Made by a program: the position numbers and the translations under genes
In this document: piece after piece, positions 37,680 through 50,410 of the stretch
Layout of the letters: each line of letters opens with the position of its first letter
Numbering within the stretch: position 1 is the first letter of the stretch
Assembly: GCF_018350175.1 (NCBI RefSeq)
Contig: NC_058368.1
Coordinates: 149,670,001-149,734,000, forward strand
Reading direction: 5' to 3'
DNA length: 64,000 nt
DNA from: Felis catus
Taxonomy: Eukaryota
Notes under the pieces: generated by a model
Databases searched by the model: none
What the model saw: the letters and a program-made list of their open reading frames with translations, nothing else
What the model was told of the DNA's origin: nothing

Positions 37680-38685
37680 TTTTAAATTTATTAAGACTTT
37701 GTTTTTTTAGAGCACTTTTAGGTTCACAGCAAAATTGAGGGAAAGGGATAGATCTATATGTATCCCCCTGCCCCCACACTTGCATCACCTCCCCCTTATT
37801 GATATCCCCCACCAAAGTGATATATTTGTTACAATTGGTGAAACTACATTTTGAAGCATCATAGTCACCCAGAGTCCATAGTTAACATTAGGATTCACTT
37901 TTGGTGTTGTACATTTTATGGGTTTGGACAAATGTACAATAACATGCATCCATCATTATAGTATCATGCAAAGTAATTTCACGGTCCTAAATATCCTCTT
38001 TGCTCTACCTGTTTATCCCTACTACCAACCCCACCCCTGGAAACCAATGATCTTTTTACTGTCTTCATAGTTTTGACTTTTCGAAGGTCATATAGTTGGA
38101 GTCCTATTGTATGTAGCCTTTTTAGATAGGTTTCTTTCCCTTAGTAATAAGTATTTAAGTTTCCTCCATGTCTTTTCATGGCTTAACAGCTTATTTCTTT
38201 TTAGTGCTGAATAACATTCCACTGTCTGGATGTTCCAGAGTTTATTTTCCAAATTTTGGAAATTGTGAATAAAGCCGCTATAACCACCTATGTGCAGATT
38301 TTTGTATGGACGTAAGTGTTTAGTTCATTTGGGAAAGTACCAAGAAGCACGATTGCTGGATGATGTGGTAAGAGTATGTTTAGCTTTGCAAGAAACCACC
38401 AAACTGTCTTCCAAGGGGCTATACCACTTTGTGTTCTACCAACAGTTCGTGAAAATGCCTATTCCTCCACATCCTCACCAGCACTTGGCATTGTCACTGT
38501 CCAGATTTGGGGCATTCTAACAGATGTTTAGTGTTATCTAGTTGTTTTAAGTTGCATTTCCCTGATGACATGTAATGTGGAGCCTCTTTTCAGATGTTTA
38601 TTTGCCATCTGATCTCTTCTTTGGTGAGTGTCTCTTAGGGTCTTTGGCCCATTGCTCAGTTGGGTTGTTTTCTGGCATTAGTTTG
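37680..38685 (-). mobile_element. Old LINE-1 3' portion (L1MC-like)
   Basis: 'tttagagcacttttaggttcacagcaaaattgag' 3'-end motif followed by L1 3'/ORF2-end sequence. Confidence 0.8.
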
Positions 38686-38689
38686 TAAA

Positions 38690-38778
38690 ATATTTATAAA
38701 ATATCAAATCACTGTGATTTACACCTGAAACTAATAGGATATTTTACATCAGTTGTACTTCACTTAAAAAAAAAAAAG
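38690..38778 (+). mobile_element. Terminal L1 fragment with poly(A)
   Basis: 'atatcaaatcactgtgatttacacctgaaactaat...cacttaaaaaaaaaaa'. Confidence 0.6.
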
Positions 38779-39671
38779 ATCTTTCTTACATCAACTATTA
38801 TTCACATAGAGTAAATGCCTGACATTTTTTATTAGTTGTCAGAGTAATGAGTTGGTGCCCTAGAAAACTCCAGTGGGAATCACTATCTTGGGGCTAGTGT
38901 GTCTTATTTGGAATTGTTGTACTATTTTTTTGTTTTTTTGTCTCATCATGGACTCATAATTTTTTTATATATTTGTTCTGTTTTAATTGAGCACAGTCAC
39001 AAATCTTTTTAATGTTCAACTTGCCTTATCTTAGGTCCATGGGACCTCGTTCAAGTTGGTTTCTGTATCTTTTGTATGACCACATTAGTATTTGATACCT
39101 TTCCTGCTTTCTGGCATACAATGTCCCAGGCTAATCTTTAACATTTCTGTTTCAGATCTGTAATCAGCCATTTTTCTCCAAGGTATTCCTGATTCCTTTT
39201 AGTGAGAAATAGTATTTGGGGGGATAATACTTTATCATTTAGGATACTTTATCCTATAGAATAATACTTTATCCTATGGCAGACCTTAAGTAATTTCAAA
39301 ATAACAATACATCTAACAGTAAAAATTGAAACACAATTTTAAGTGCTCATTCTCTTGAACTTCTCTCTTTGTGTAATATAAAATTTTAAAGTAATGTCTA
39401 AGATTCACATACACATAGTACTTAGGTACCTTTAACTTCTCTTTACCAAATTATGGCAGCCAAAATATCTTTCTTCTGTAAATCCTCCTAGAAAAACCTA
39501 AAACCCACCATCTCTGCTATAATATATCTGTGATAATATAAAATTACTTAATAAATTATTGAAAATTATTAAGAGTCTACCATCTGTCCACTATTGTCCA
39601 GGGTGCTGGGAATACATTGCTGTCATGAAATATCAGTATAGACTAGATTTAATAGGTTTTAAGTGTGGATA

Positions 39672-39905
39672 TGTATGCTAGTAGTCAGCATCTACGATAC
39701 CTCTGAATGAGCCCCACCCCATGGTGTTAACACTCTTATGTAATCCCATCCCATATTATACTAAAGTTGGTCTACTAGTGTAGGATATGGAAGAAGTAAT
39801 GGTATGTCACTTCTGAGATTCCGTTATGAAAGACACTGCAGCTTCCATCTTGGTTGCTCCCTGTCTTTCAGATTACTTGGTTGGGAGGATGCCAGATTCT
39901 ATGTT
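39672..39905 (+). mobile_element. MaLR LTR 5' fragment (MLT1F-like)
   Basis: 'tgtcacttctgagattccgttatgaaagacactgcagcttccatcttgg'. Confidence 0.55.
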
Positions 39906-40178
39906 GTTTATAATAAACATGTTCACACACTAAATTTAGCTCAGTAACCATGAGACTTGGGTCTTAAAATATATGTAAGTGTATGAGACAAGGCCTTGGC
40001 ATGCATAATATAGGAAATTAAAGTGATGCCAGTTCATAAAACTGACCCTTGAAGATCCTTGTGAAAGAAGGAACACATACAATTTACTCACCAAATGTGC
40101 CTTTATCCTGGTTTAGAGTTTGCATTCAAATTAACTGCAAAGTCCAGGAAAACCTAAACAGAAAAGTAAGAAAGTAGG

Positions 40179-40246
40179 GGAAGGAAGGAAGAAGGAAGGA
40201 AGGAAGGAAGGAAGGAAGGAAGGAAGGAAGGAAGGAAGGAAGGAAG
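40179..40246. repeat. (GGAA)n microsatellite
   Basis: Direct read. Confidence 0.95.
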
Positions 40247-40314
40247 GGGAAAGAAAGTTGTCCTGTATTATTGGCCCTGACCAATGTTACTTTTAAATAT
40301 CAATGCATAAATCT

Positions 40315-40347
40315 TTTTTTTTAATTTTTTTAATGTTTATTTATTTT

Positions 40348-40400
<53 letters not shown>

Positions 40401-40550
40401 AAGCACAAGCAGGGGAGGGGAAGAGAACATGGGAGATACAGAATCTGAAGCAGGGTCCAGGTTCTGAGTGGTCAGCACGGAGCCCGACGTGGACTGTGAA
40501 ATCATGACCTGAGCTAAAGTCAGATGCTTCATTGACTGAGCCACCCAGGC
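40315..40550 (-). mobile_element. SINEC with long (GA)n
   Basis: Reverse SINE; flanks gcataaatctt on both sides. Confidence 0.9.
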
Positions 40551-42266
40551 ATAAATCTTGAATAAAGTTTAGATTTGATAGAAAAAAATAGAGGAGGAAG
40601 AAACTCTACCAAACTCATTTACAAGCCCAGCATTATCCTGATACCAAAACCAGACAAAATTGTCACAAGAAAAGAAAATGATAAGCCAATATCCCTGATG
40701 ACATAGATGCAAAAGCCCCCAACAAAATGTTAGCAAACCAAATTCAACAATACATTAAAAGGATCATACCCCTTGATCAAGTTGGATTTATTTCAGGGAT
40801 CCAAGGATGGTTCAACATCTGCAAATGAATCAATGTCATATACCACATTAACAAAATGAAGGATAAAAATTATGTGATCATATCATTAGAGGCAGAAAAA
40901 GCATTTGACAAAATTCAACATCTGTTTATGATAAAAACTCTTAACAAAGCTGGTATAGAGGAAACATATCTCAACATATTAAAGGCCATATATGGCAGGC
41001 CCATAGCTAACGTCATATTCAACATTGGATTGGGAATAAGACAAAGATGCCCATTCTCACCACTTTTATTCAACAGAGTATTCAACACAGCAAGTAGGCA
41101 ATAAAAAGAAATAAAAGGCATCAAAATTGGAAAATGAGAAGTAAAATTGTCACTATTTGCAGATGACATGATACTATATACAGAAAACCTTAAACACTCT
41201 GCCAAAAAACTGTTAGAATTAATAAATTCAGTTAAGTTTTAGGATACAAAACCAATACATGAAAACTTGTTGTGTTTCTACAAACAGCAAACTATCAGAA
41301 AAAGAAACTAAGAAAACCCATTTACAATCTCATCAAAAGGAATAAAACACCTAGGAATAAATTTACACAAGGAGGTGGAAGTCCTATACTCTGAAAACTA
41401 TAAGATATTGGTGAAAGAAATCTAAGGTTACAAAAATAAGTAGGAAGGTATTCCATTCTCGTGGATTGGAAGAATTAATAGTTAAAAATATCCGTACTAC
41501 CTAAAGCAATTTAGGATTCAGTGCAATCTCTATCAAAATTCCTATGTCCTTTTTCACAGAAATAGAACAAACAATCCTAAAAATTGGTATGGAACCACAA
41601 AAGACTCCAAATGGTCAAAGCAATCTTGAGAAAAAAGAACAAAGCTGAAGGCATCGTGCTTCCTGATTTCAAACTATATTACAAAGCTGTAGCAATCAAA
41701 ACAATATGGTATTGGCATAAAAATAGACACATAGCTCAATAGAACAGAATAGAGAGCCCAGAAATAAATCCATGCATATATAGTCAATTAATTTACGACA
41801 GAGGAGTCAAGAATATACAATGTGGAAAGGACAGTTTCTTTCACCAAAAATGGTGTTGGGAATATTGGACAGCCACATGCAAAAGACTGAAATTGGGCCA
41901 CAATCTTACAACATACACAAAAGTGAACTCAAAATGGGTTAAAACCTTGATTGTAAGAACTAAAACCATAAAACTCCTTGGAGAAAACACAGGCAACTTG
42001 ACATAGGTCTTGGGATGATTTTTTGAATCAGAAGCAAAAATAAACACGTGAGACTACATCAAACTATAAACTTCTGCACAGCAAAGGAAACCATCAACCA
42101 AATGAAAATGCAGCCCAATGAATGGGAGAAAATATTTGCAAACCATATATCTGATAAGAGGTTAGATCCAAAATATATAAAGAACACATACAACTAAATA
42201 GAAAAAAAAAATCCAGTTAAAAATGAGAAGAACTGAGTAGACATTCTTCTAAAGAAGTCATACAGA

Positions 42267-42487
42267 GGGGCGCCGGGGTGGCGCAGTCGGTTAAGCGTCC
42301 GACTTCAGCCAGGTCACGATCTCGTGGTCCGTGAGTTCGAGCCCCGCGTCAGGCTCTGGGCTGATGGCTCAGAGCCTGGAGTCTGCTTCCGATTCTGTGT
42401 CTCCCTCTCTCTCTGCCCCTCCCCCGTTCATGCGCTGTCTCTCTCTGTCCCAAAAATAAATAAACGTTGAAAAAAAAATTTAAAAAA
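42267..42487 (+). mobile_element. Young felid SINE (SINEC_Fc-type)
   Basis: Perfect 16-bp TSD aaagaagtcatacaga at 42251-42266 and 42488-42503. Confidence 0.96.
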
Positions 42488-42830
42488 AAAGAAGTCATAC
42501 AGAATGGTCAACAGGTACATGAAAAGATGGTCTATATCTTTAATCATCAGAGAAATGCAAATCAAAACCACAATCACCACACACCTGTTCGAATGGCTAT
42601 TATCCACAAGACCAGAAATAGTAAGTGTTGGTGAAGACATAGAGAAAAGGGAAGCCTTAATGCACTGGTGCTGAGAAGGTAAATTGGGACAGCCACTAGG
42701 GAAAACAGTATGGAGGTTTCTCAAAAAATTCAAAATAGAACTACCATATGATCCAGCAATTTCACTTCTGGGTATTTAACCAAAGAAAACAAGAAAACCC
42801 ATTTGAAAAATAAAAAAAAAATCAAAACAA

Positions 42831-44235
42831 CTTTTCCTGTAGGAGCTACTAAGGTTGAGAGGAGCATGACCACCTTCTCTTCCTGCCATGGCATGTGCGT
42901 GCCCACTGATATCAACGTACTCTGAAAAAGGGGAGTCATCTGGCAAAAATGCCACTTTGCCTGGCATGTTCAGGACTCCCATTTGACGAGGTATTGTGAA
43001 CTTTGCTCACACCAACTTGTGCAAAAACAACGGACAGCCCTATGCTGTCAGTGAATTAGCAGGCCATCCAACCAGTGCTGAGGCATGGGGTTCATGTTGC
43101 CCGCCACAGTGGGATTCACAGTTCTGGCCAGGGTACTTTTGGAAACATGTGGTGGGGGCTGCATGTCTGCACAAACCAAAACCTGGTGCCATTGTCACTG
43201 CATGGTGAACACAGCACACAAGTGATATGCCATCCGCTCTTCCCCCGCTGCCTCGGCCTTCCCAGCTCTGGTCATGTCTTCATGTCATCCTACTGAGGGA
43301 ACTCCTGGACCATTTTTGGTGGTTGAAGGTACAGTTGAAGACTACAATAAGACCACGCAGGTTGTTTTGCTTCTTAAGAAACTTAAGGCCTGGAGTGATA
43401 GCAAAAAGTTCTGTGCCTCTCAGCAAATGAGAGCTGGCAGGGGCAAAATGAGAAGCTGTTGTTGTATCCATCGCAGAGGACCCTGCCTCATCTATAATGA
43501 GGGACACCATATCATCAACACCTTCAGAAACATCCCTGGAATTACTCTACTTAATGCAAGCAAACCGAACATTTTGGAACTTGTTCCTGGTGAGCATGTG
43601 GGACATTTCTGCATTTGGACTGAAAGTGCTTCCCGTAGGTTACATAATCTGCATGGCACTTGACATAAAGCTGCCTCCCTCAAGAGCAACTACAGCCTTC
43701 TCATGCACAAGTTGCTCAGTACAGACGTTACCAGAATCTGGTAAAGCCCAGAAATCCAGAGAGACCTCTGAGCACCACACAAGAGGATTCATCACAGTCC
43801 TAAAGAAGAATCCGCTGAAAAAGCTGAGAATTGTGTTGAAGCTAAACCCATATGCGAAGACTGCAAGCCAGAACACCGTTCTTTACCAGAGCAAGAATCA
43901 CAGACTCCAGATGGATGAGGCAGCTGCAGCATTAGAAGCCAAATCAGATGAGAAGGGAGCCTGTGACAGGGAAGAAAGGAAAGGACAGAAAGGGAAGGGA
44001 AGGCGAAAGGGAAAGGGAAAGGAAAGGAAGAAGCAGAGGAAGTCTCTGGGGGAAAAAGAGTTGCAGCTACCAAGAAACCAGCAGCTGAGAAAAAGCCTGC
44101 AGAAAAGAAACCCACACACCACAAAAGAAAAGAAACCTGCTGCGTAAACTTAAATTTGTTTATTCCATAAATGCCCAATCATTTTTGACAGCTAATTTTG
44201 GATAAATGTCTGATAAAAGGGTAGTGAGGGGGAAG
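42831..44235 (+). pseudogene. RPL4: Processed pseudogene of 60S ribosomal protein L4 (uL4)
   Basis: 5' TOP tract cttttcctgt at 42831; ATG at 42888 ([21 protein letters not shown]); intronless; fragments [63 protein letters not shown]; stop at 44145-44147 then RPL4-like 3'UTR; premature TGA at 42984-42986 (codon 33) and 43661-43663 plus frameshifts. Confidence 0.97.
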
Positions 44236-44407
44236 AAAAGATCCAAACAGTATCGTATTGGCATATGACACCTCTGTGTTCACTGCAGAGTTATTTACAA
44301 TAGCTAAGACATGGAAACAACCTAAATGTCCATCGATGGATGAATAAAGAACGTGTGGTTCTTTATTTAAACACAATAATATTCAGCTATTAGAAGAGTG
44401 AAAACTT

Positions 44408-44623
44408 GGGGCGCCTGGGTGGCGCAGTCGGTTAAGCGTCCGACTTCAGCCAGGTCACGATCTCGCGGTCCGGGAGTTCGAGCCCCGCGTCAGGCTCTGG
44501 GCTGATGGCTCAGAGCCTGGAGCCTGTTTCCGATTCTGTGTCTCCCTCTCTCTCTGCTCCTCCCCCCGTTCATGCTCTGTCTCTCTCTATCCCAAAAATA
44601 AATAAACGTTGGAAAAAAAAAAA

Positions 44624-44655
<32 letters not shown>
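44408..44655 (+). mobile_element. Young felid SINE (SINEC_Fc-type) with long poly(A)
   Basis: Perfect 16-bp TSD agaagagtgaaaactt at 44392-44407 and 44656-44671; A-rich tail of about 43 nt. Confidence 0.96.
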
Positions 44656-44657
<2 letters not shown>

Positions 44658-46515
44658 AAGAGTGAAAACTTGCTATTTGTGACAATATGGGTGGACCTAA
44701 TAGGCATTATGCTAAGTGAAATAAATCAGAGAGACAAACACCATGTGATCTCTCTTACACGTGGAAACTTAAACAAACAAGCAAACAAAACAAGCTTAGA
44801 GATACAGAGAACAGATTGGTGGTTGTCAGAGATGGAGGCTAGGAAGTGGGAGAAATGGGTGAATATTTTTGAGTTTAAATAAATTGAATTAACAATAAAG
44901 TACTAAAGTTAAGCAATTAAAATCCAAAAGTAGATTCAAAAATGATACATCATCACCAAGATATAGTCCACAAAATCAAAGATACTTGAATAATAGAAAA
45001 GCAATAAATAAAAATCCATTACATTATAAAATTAGAGAAGTGTCATATGATCATCTTCATTGATATCAAAATATTTTTGACAAAATTCACAGCAATTCTT
45101 GTTCCAATCATTCAGATGGACTTTTCCTGTAACATCATTAAGCATATATGTGAAGTATATGCATATACATGTATATCTCATCATATATATACAGATATGC
45201 ATATAGTTGCACACTTATATCAGTATATAGACATATATACATATGTATTCACATGTGTATGTGCATGGGTATATATGCATAAATACATATATAAATATGT
45301 CTATATATTAGTAAAAATGAACATTAGTGTCAAATAACACTAAATACTGTTTAGAGACACATATATATGTAGTAAACATGTAAAGATGTAAATGGGAATG
45401 AAAAATACCAATTCAGGATTCAGAAGGAAAAGAGGCAGCACAAGATTGGCAAATATAATTAGGGGTCCAACTATATATATAATTTCTATTTCTTGAGTTG
45501 GCAGATGGGTACCTAGGGTTTCATTTTTCTCTGTACAGTTTTTGTATGTCTGATATAGTTCAGGAGAAAAGGAGATAAAAGGAGAAGAGAACACAGCTTT
45601 TTGAAATCAAGACAAAACTCAGTTCCAATCTCATCCCTGCAGTTTCCTGGCTGTGAAACCTTGACTAGGTTATTCAACTTCCCTGAGCTTGAGTTTCAAC
45701 TGTAAAATGAGGGTAATAACAGCTTATCCACTTCCTGAAACTTGTTTCATTATTTAGCAGAGTAATAAACACCTAGCGTTCACTTAATGTATTTGATACT
45801 TTTCCTGAATTATTTCAATAAGGCCAACTTTAGTTAAGTGTGTATATGTGCATTCCGAATGTGTGTGTGGGGGGGGGGGGGCATATTTACAGGGCAAATA
45901 CATTTCAGTTTCTTGGAGCACAACACTTGGGTTCCTATGATTTTACCATCCTTTTTTTACATATAAAGTTTTTATTTTGCTCTTCCTGTTTTAATTTTAA
46001 ACATAGAAGGGACCATTTCTAGACAATCAATAGAACAGCTGCTAGGGGAAAAAATAGAAATAAAAGGGCTAAATGATTGAACGTTGACACTTAAAAGAAT
46101 AGTTTTGCAGTTAACAGCTGTGTATCCCAGAAATAAAATATCTGATAAATACTCATAACAAAGAGCAAAAATTGCTGTCTAATACGGAGAATTCATAGCT
46201 GGAGAGCTAAGAACTATTGAAAAACAATGACAAAAATCTCAGTATTGACCTTAATTTTCTAAATGAGTTATAGTTACATGATAAGAAACAATGAAAAGAA
46301 TAATAAATCCCCTCACAAAGTCTAAATTTTATGGCGTTCAAGGCATAAATGAGCACTGTGAAATATATTTTAGATATCATTTTAACCTTTTAAAACATGT
46401 TTTGAATACTGAACAACAAATGTAGGTCATTGTCAACGGCGATGTTCTCCTTTAATTCCGACAATTTGTCTCTGTTCTTGTCCTCTTACTCTACCGACAG
46501 ACATCACACCATGTG

Positions 46516-46599
<84 letters not shown>
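46516..46599. repeat. Compound (CT)n(CA)n microsatellite
   Basis: Direct read. Confidence 0.95.
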
Positions 46600-46601
<2 letters not shown>

Positions 46602-47104
46602 CAGTCTTTTGTCTTTCATCCTCTCAGTGGAGTAATCCTTTGTCTTCTTTCTGTGAAGACAGCTTGTGGAATTAGCGTCGATACCCAAATGTGAAGTCAC
46701 ATTTGCTGAATGTAACACATTGAGCAAGTTTTTGCCTCTCTGAGCTTTAGTTTTATTGCAAAATAGGGATTAAAGTGAGCTAACATATAACACAGACCTT
46801 TAAGAAAAAAATTTAGAGTCATCACTCAAATGCAAAATATTATTAATCTCAGGAAATACTGTAAACTGACTGGTAAAAAGGACCAGTTTCTAGGTGGTTC
46901 TTCTCCCAGGAAACAAAACAAGCGCCTTAGTGTCTATTTGGCTTCCTGTTTCTGTATCTCCCAACAACAGCAAAAAGCAGATGTATGTGAACATTTCTCT
47001 GTTATCTTCCTACACTTGATCTTAGGCAAAAGGCCGAGAAGCTCTATTATCTTCCTTAGGTTATATGCACTTCACAGTTCATGTGGATTACATAAGTTTT
47101 TGTT

Positions 47105-47600
47105 TCTTCATTTAACAAATACTAATTAAATGCCTTTATACTTTTCACATGTCAGGCACTAGGTGTTTTGGACACATCCATTAAAAGAAACAAAGATCCT
47201 TGCCCTCTTGGAGCTTAGCATTCTATCTGGGGGTAGGAGGTGGGGGGTGGAGGAGGCAGAAGACAATGAATAATAAATATTGAAAAAAAAAGTAATATTC
47301 ACAAGCATGTTAGAAGATGGTAAATTCTGTGGGGAAAAAATGGACAGAGAAAGGAAAGGAAATGGAGAGAGTTTTGAGGAAGGGGTTGTAATCTAGGTGG
47401 AAGGAGAGGCTGGGTACACCATCTAATTGGGTAGGTCTCCATGCGGAAGCGACTTTTGAATAAAGACGTGAAGGGCGAGGGAATTACTCAGGAGAATATC
47501 TAGAAAAGAACTTTCCATGAAAAGGAATACTTAGTGCCAAAGACCAAAGGTGGAACTTTCTTGTCCTGTTTGACAGAGCAACCAGGCCCTTGTGTGTGGA
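47105..47600 (-). mobile_element. L2 remnant
   Basis: 'ttcatttaacaaatactaattaaatgcc...tgtcaggcact...ccttgccctcttggagctt'. Confidence 0.6.
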
Positions 47601-49976
47601 GAGGGGTGAGTCTGGGGAGAGTACGAGGAAAGGAAGTTGGAAAATAACATCTTCAAAAATACCTTACTAAAATACCTAAAAATATCTTACTTAAAACTCG
47701 TGACTCTTACCAAAACTTTCAAAAAAACTTTCCATACATTTTAAAAGCCATGACTTCAATTTTTGTTCTGATGCCTATGATTATTTCCATGAATAATTGA
47801 CTACCTTGTGTTACACGTTACTGGTAGAACACATTTGGTATCCCGCCATTTACCCTTCTCCTTCAGCCTCTTCCCTCTTTTATGGCTATCATCAGCTTTG
47901 AAAAGCAGGAGGCCCTCTCCCACATACCCTGAACTTGTTCTCACAGCTGCTCCCTGGAGGTTGTAGTTTCTCTCCAGGTTTTATCCTTGCTCCCCATCAA
48001 AGTCCCTCTAAATTGTTATTCTGCAGGGAAAGCCTTTTCTTTCCCTTTATGTCCTTTGTCCAGCAGCCCAAAGAAAATTACTGTTAACAAGAGAGAAAAC
48101 CTAATGAGTCCTCATTCTATTTCATTACAAAGAAGAGGAGAACAGGGTAAACCCAAGTCATAGATCACGTAATTTAAAAATCAACTCTGTCTGTCCCAAG
48201 TTGAAGTCAAAGAAATGGAGGTGAAAAGGTGTTCACTGCTTTTCTTTCATCACAAAGAACAGTGTGGTGTTGTAGTCTCTTACTGTTTATCCCAGGCAGG
48301 GATCTTACCTTTACCTCTAAGACATAAGAGAAAGTAGGCTTTCCTCCATCAAAATTTCTTCCTCGGCTCAGACTTTGTTTCACTGAATTAAATTTATATT
48401 TAGCAGATAAAGCTATTTAGTATTTTGCCAGGTTTGCACTAGGAAGGGTTTAGATTTTTTTTCTCAGGAATTTTAATAAAACATAAACTGGTTCCACCAG
48501 GATTATTTTTAAAAATTAAGACTATCTGATCTTTAGGGCAGGATTTTTTTTTGAACAGCTGTAATTATTTTCTAACACCTTCTGTAATACATCATTGTGC
48601 TGTTTTATAGCACATTTGGGTAATAAATTTTTTATTCATTTTACCCAAATTCTGACATCCTATAGATCTGGCATTAAATTATTTTGTTTAGGATTCTACT
48701 TTTAAGTAGCTGGATGTCAAAATAACTTAAAAGGATGTTGTAAGAAGAATGAACAAAGAGAAAACAACCCTCCTTCACTGTGGCAGGTTTCTATGGATGC
48801 ACTTCTGTGTATAATAGAAGATCATGTCACTGAGGAATCTAGTATAAAGAGGACATTTGAGAGAGCTTGCATTCTTCGCTAAGTAGGGGCCATTAATTGG
48901 TTCAGTTCAAAGAAAGAGCCCTAAAATGTATTGTATTTCTCTATATTCTTATTTCGCCTCTACAACTAGTTTGCTTTATTTTGATTTACCCACTTCTCCT
49001 GTTCTACCACCCATATACACACACTCCCTTTGCTGGAAATGCTATCTTCTTTAATGGCAGTGAATAGAATCATCATCGTTTTCCAAACCTCTAAGCAGTA
49101 GACAGACATATTTTCTGATGTGTTTTCCTCAGAGGAGGTCAAGTTTACTATTTCCCCTTTGTTTAGAAATCCCAAGGCTTATGCTGTGTCTGGGCCATCC
49201 CTCAGGTTCCCTTGAAAAGAGTTAAATGAAACGGGTAAACACAAACACTAGAGAGTTTCCTTCTGCCAGTTTTCAAGATTAATATAGTTCTTCTTTGACC
49301 ACAATGACCATATTAACCAGTCAATCAATAATAAAGAATAGAGGAAAAATAAAAAGTGGGGTATCTCGAAAACATCAGCAAAAAAAAAAAAAAAATCATG
49401 AGAAACATTAGCATAGTTGACTGTATAATGAATTTGTCTTTATAAAATTAAATACATTTCCATATATCACAAAACTATCATAAATACAGATAGTGTAATC
49501 CTGGAAAGGAATACAAAGAAATGTGTGTCATTGGTTATCTCTGCTGAAGGGAATGGAGAGGTTAATTTTAAATAAAACAGACTACTACCCTAGTGGTAGA
49601 ATAGTGAAATGGGCACTCTTTGAAACTGCTGGTGAATGTCTAAATTAAGCATTCTGTCAAGAAAGCAATTTGCAGTATCGATCAAGGACCTTGAAAGTTT
49701 TCATGACTTTAACTTTAGTAATTCCATTTTTTTGGGAATTTATTCTAAGCTAAAATGGAGAGGAGGGTTTTTGGTTGTTTTTTTCCCCCCAAATTTTGTT
49801 ACTGAAGTGTTTTTTATAGAAGTGAAAATGTAGGAAAACTTAAAAGCCCCAAATTAGATAGGATTAGGTAATCTCTTTTTTATTTCCCAGTTATTTTGTA
49901 CAAAAGCTTACTAAAACAGCCATCATACTTGGTTCTTTTCATTTGCATGGTTATCTTCTTAAGAAATAAGTGCTCA

Positions 49977-50094
49977 GGGGGGCACCTGGATGGCTCACTT
50001 GGTTGAGCATCTGACTCTTGAATTCAGCTCAGGTCCTAATTCCAGGGATATGCAATCACACCCCACAGCTGGCTCCATGTGGAGCCTACTTAAG

Positions 50095-50130
<36 letters not shown>

Positions 50131-50185
50131 CCTCTCCCCAACTCATGTGTGTTCTCTCTCTCTCTGAAAGAAAATAAGATTTAAA
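49977..50185 (+). mobile_element. SINEC
   Basis: Head, (CT)n and A tail. Confidence 0.88.
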
Positions 50186-50217
50186 AATGCAGCTTCTAAA
50201 AAGAATTTTCATCTCTG

Positions 50218-50410
50218 TGGGGTAGCGGGGTGGGTCAGTCAGTTAAGTGTCCCACTCAATTTCAGCTCACAGCATGATCTCATGGTACATGAGTGTGAGC
50301 CCCACGTTGGGCTCTGCACTGACAGTGCGGAGCCTGCTTGGGATTTTCTGTCTCCCTCTCTCTCTGCCTCTCTGTCTCTCAAAAATAAATAAATAAACAT
50401 TAAATTTTTT
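50218..50410 (+). mobile_element. SINEC
   Basis: SINE body; flanks ttttcatctctgt on both sides. Confidence 0.88.

Larger units (their letters stand above)
40580..44880 (+). mobile_element. 5'-truncated, decayed LINE-1 hosting two SINEs and an RPL4 retrocopy
   Basis: ORF2 RT remnant 40856..41104 ([22 protein letters not shown]); 'ctatttgcagatgacatg' (LFADDM) at about 41152; L1 resumes at about 44263 and runs into the 3'UTR. Confidence 0.92.

Noticed and set aside
39223..39278. Triple atactttatc repeat as a CRISPR-like array
   Set aside because: Short slippage duplication in eukaryotic DNA; no unique spacers and no cas genes
43497..44147. 216-aa ORF ending in EKKPAA as a possible functional RPL4-derived protein
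   Set aside because: The N-terminal half is out of frame with RPL4 and enters the frame only after a frameshift; the pseudogene is heavily decayed
45145..45310. Alternating purine-pyrimidine (TA/CA/TG) stretch
   Set aside because: Degenerate simple repeat between old L1 fragments; ordinary
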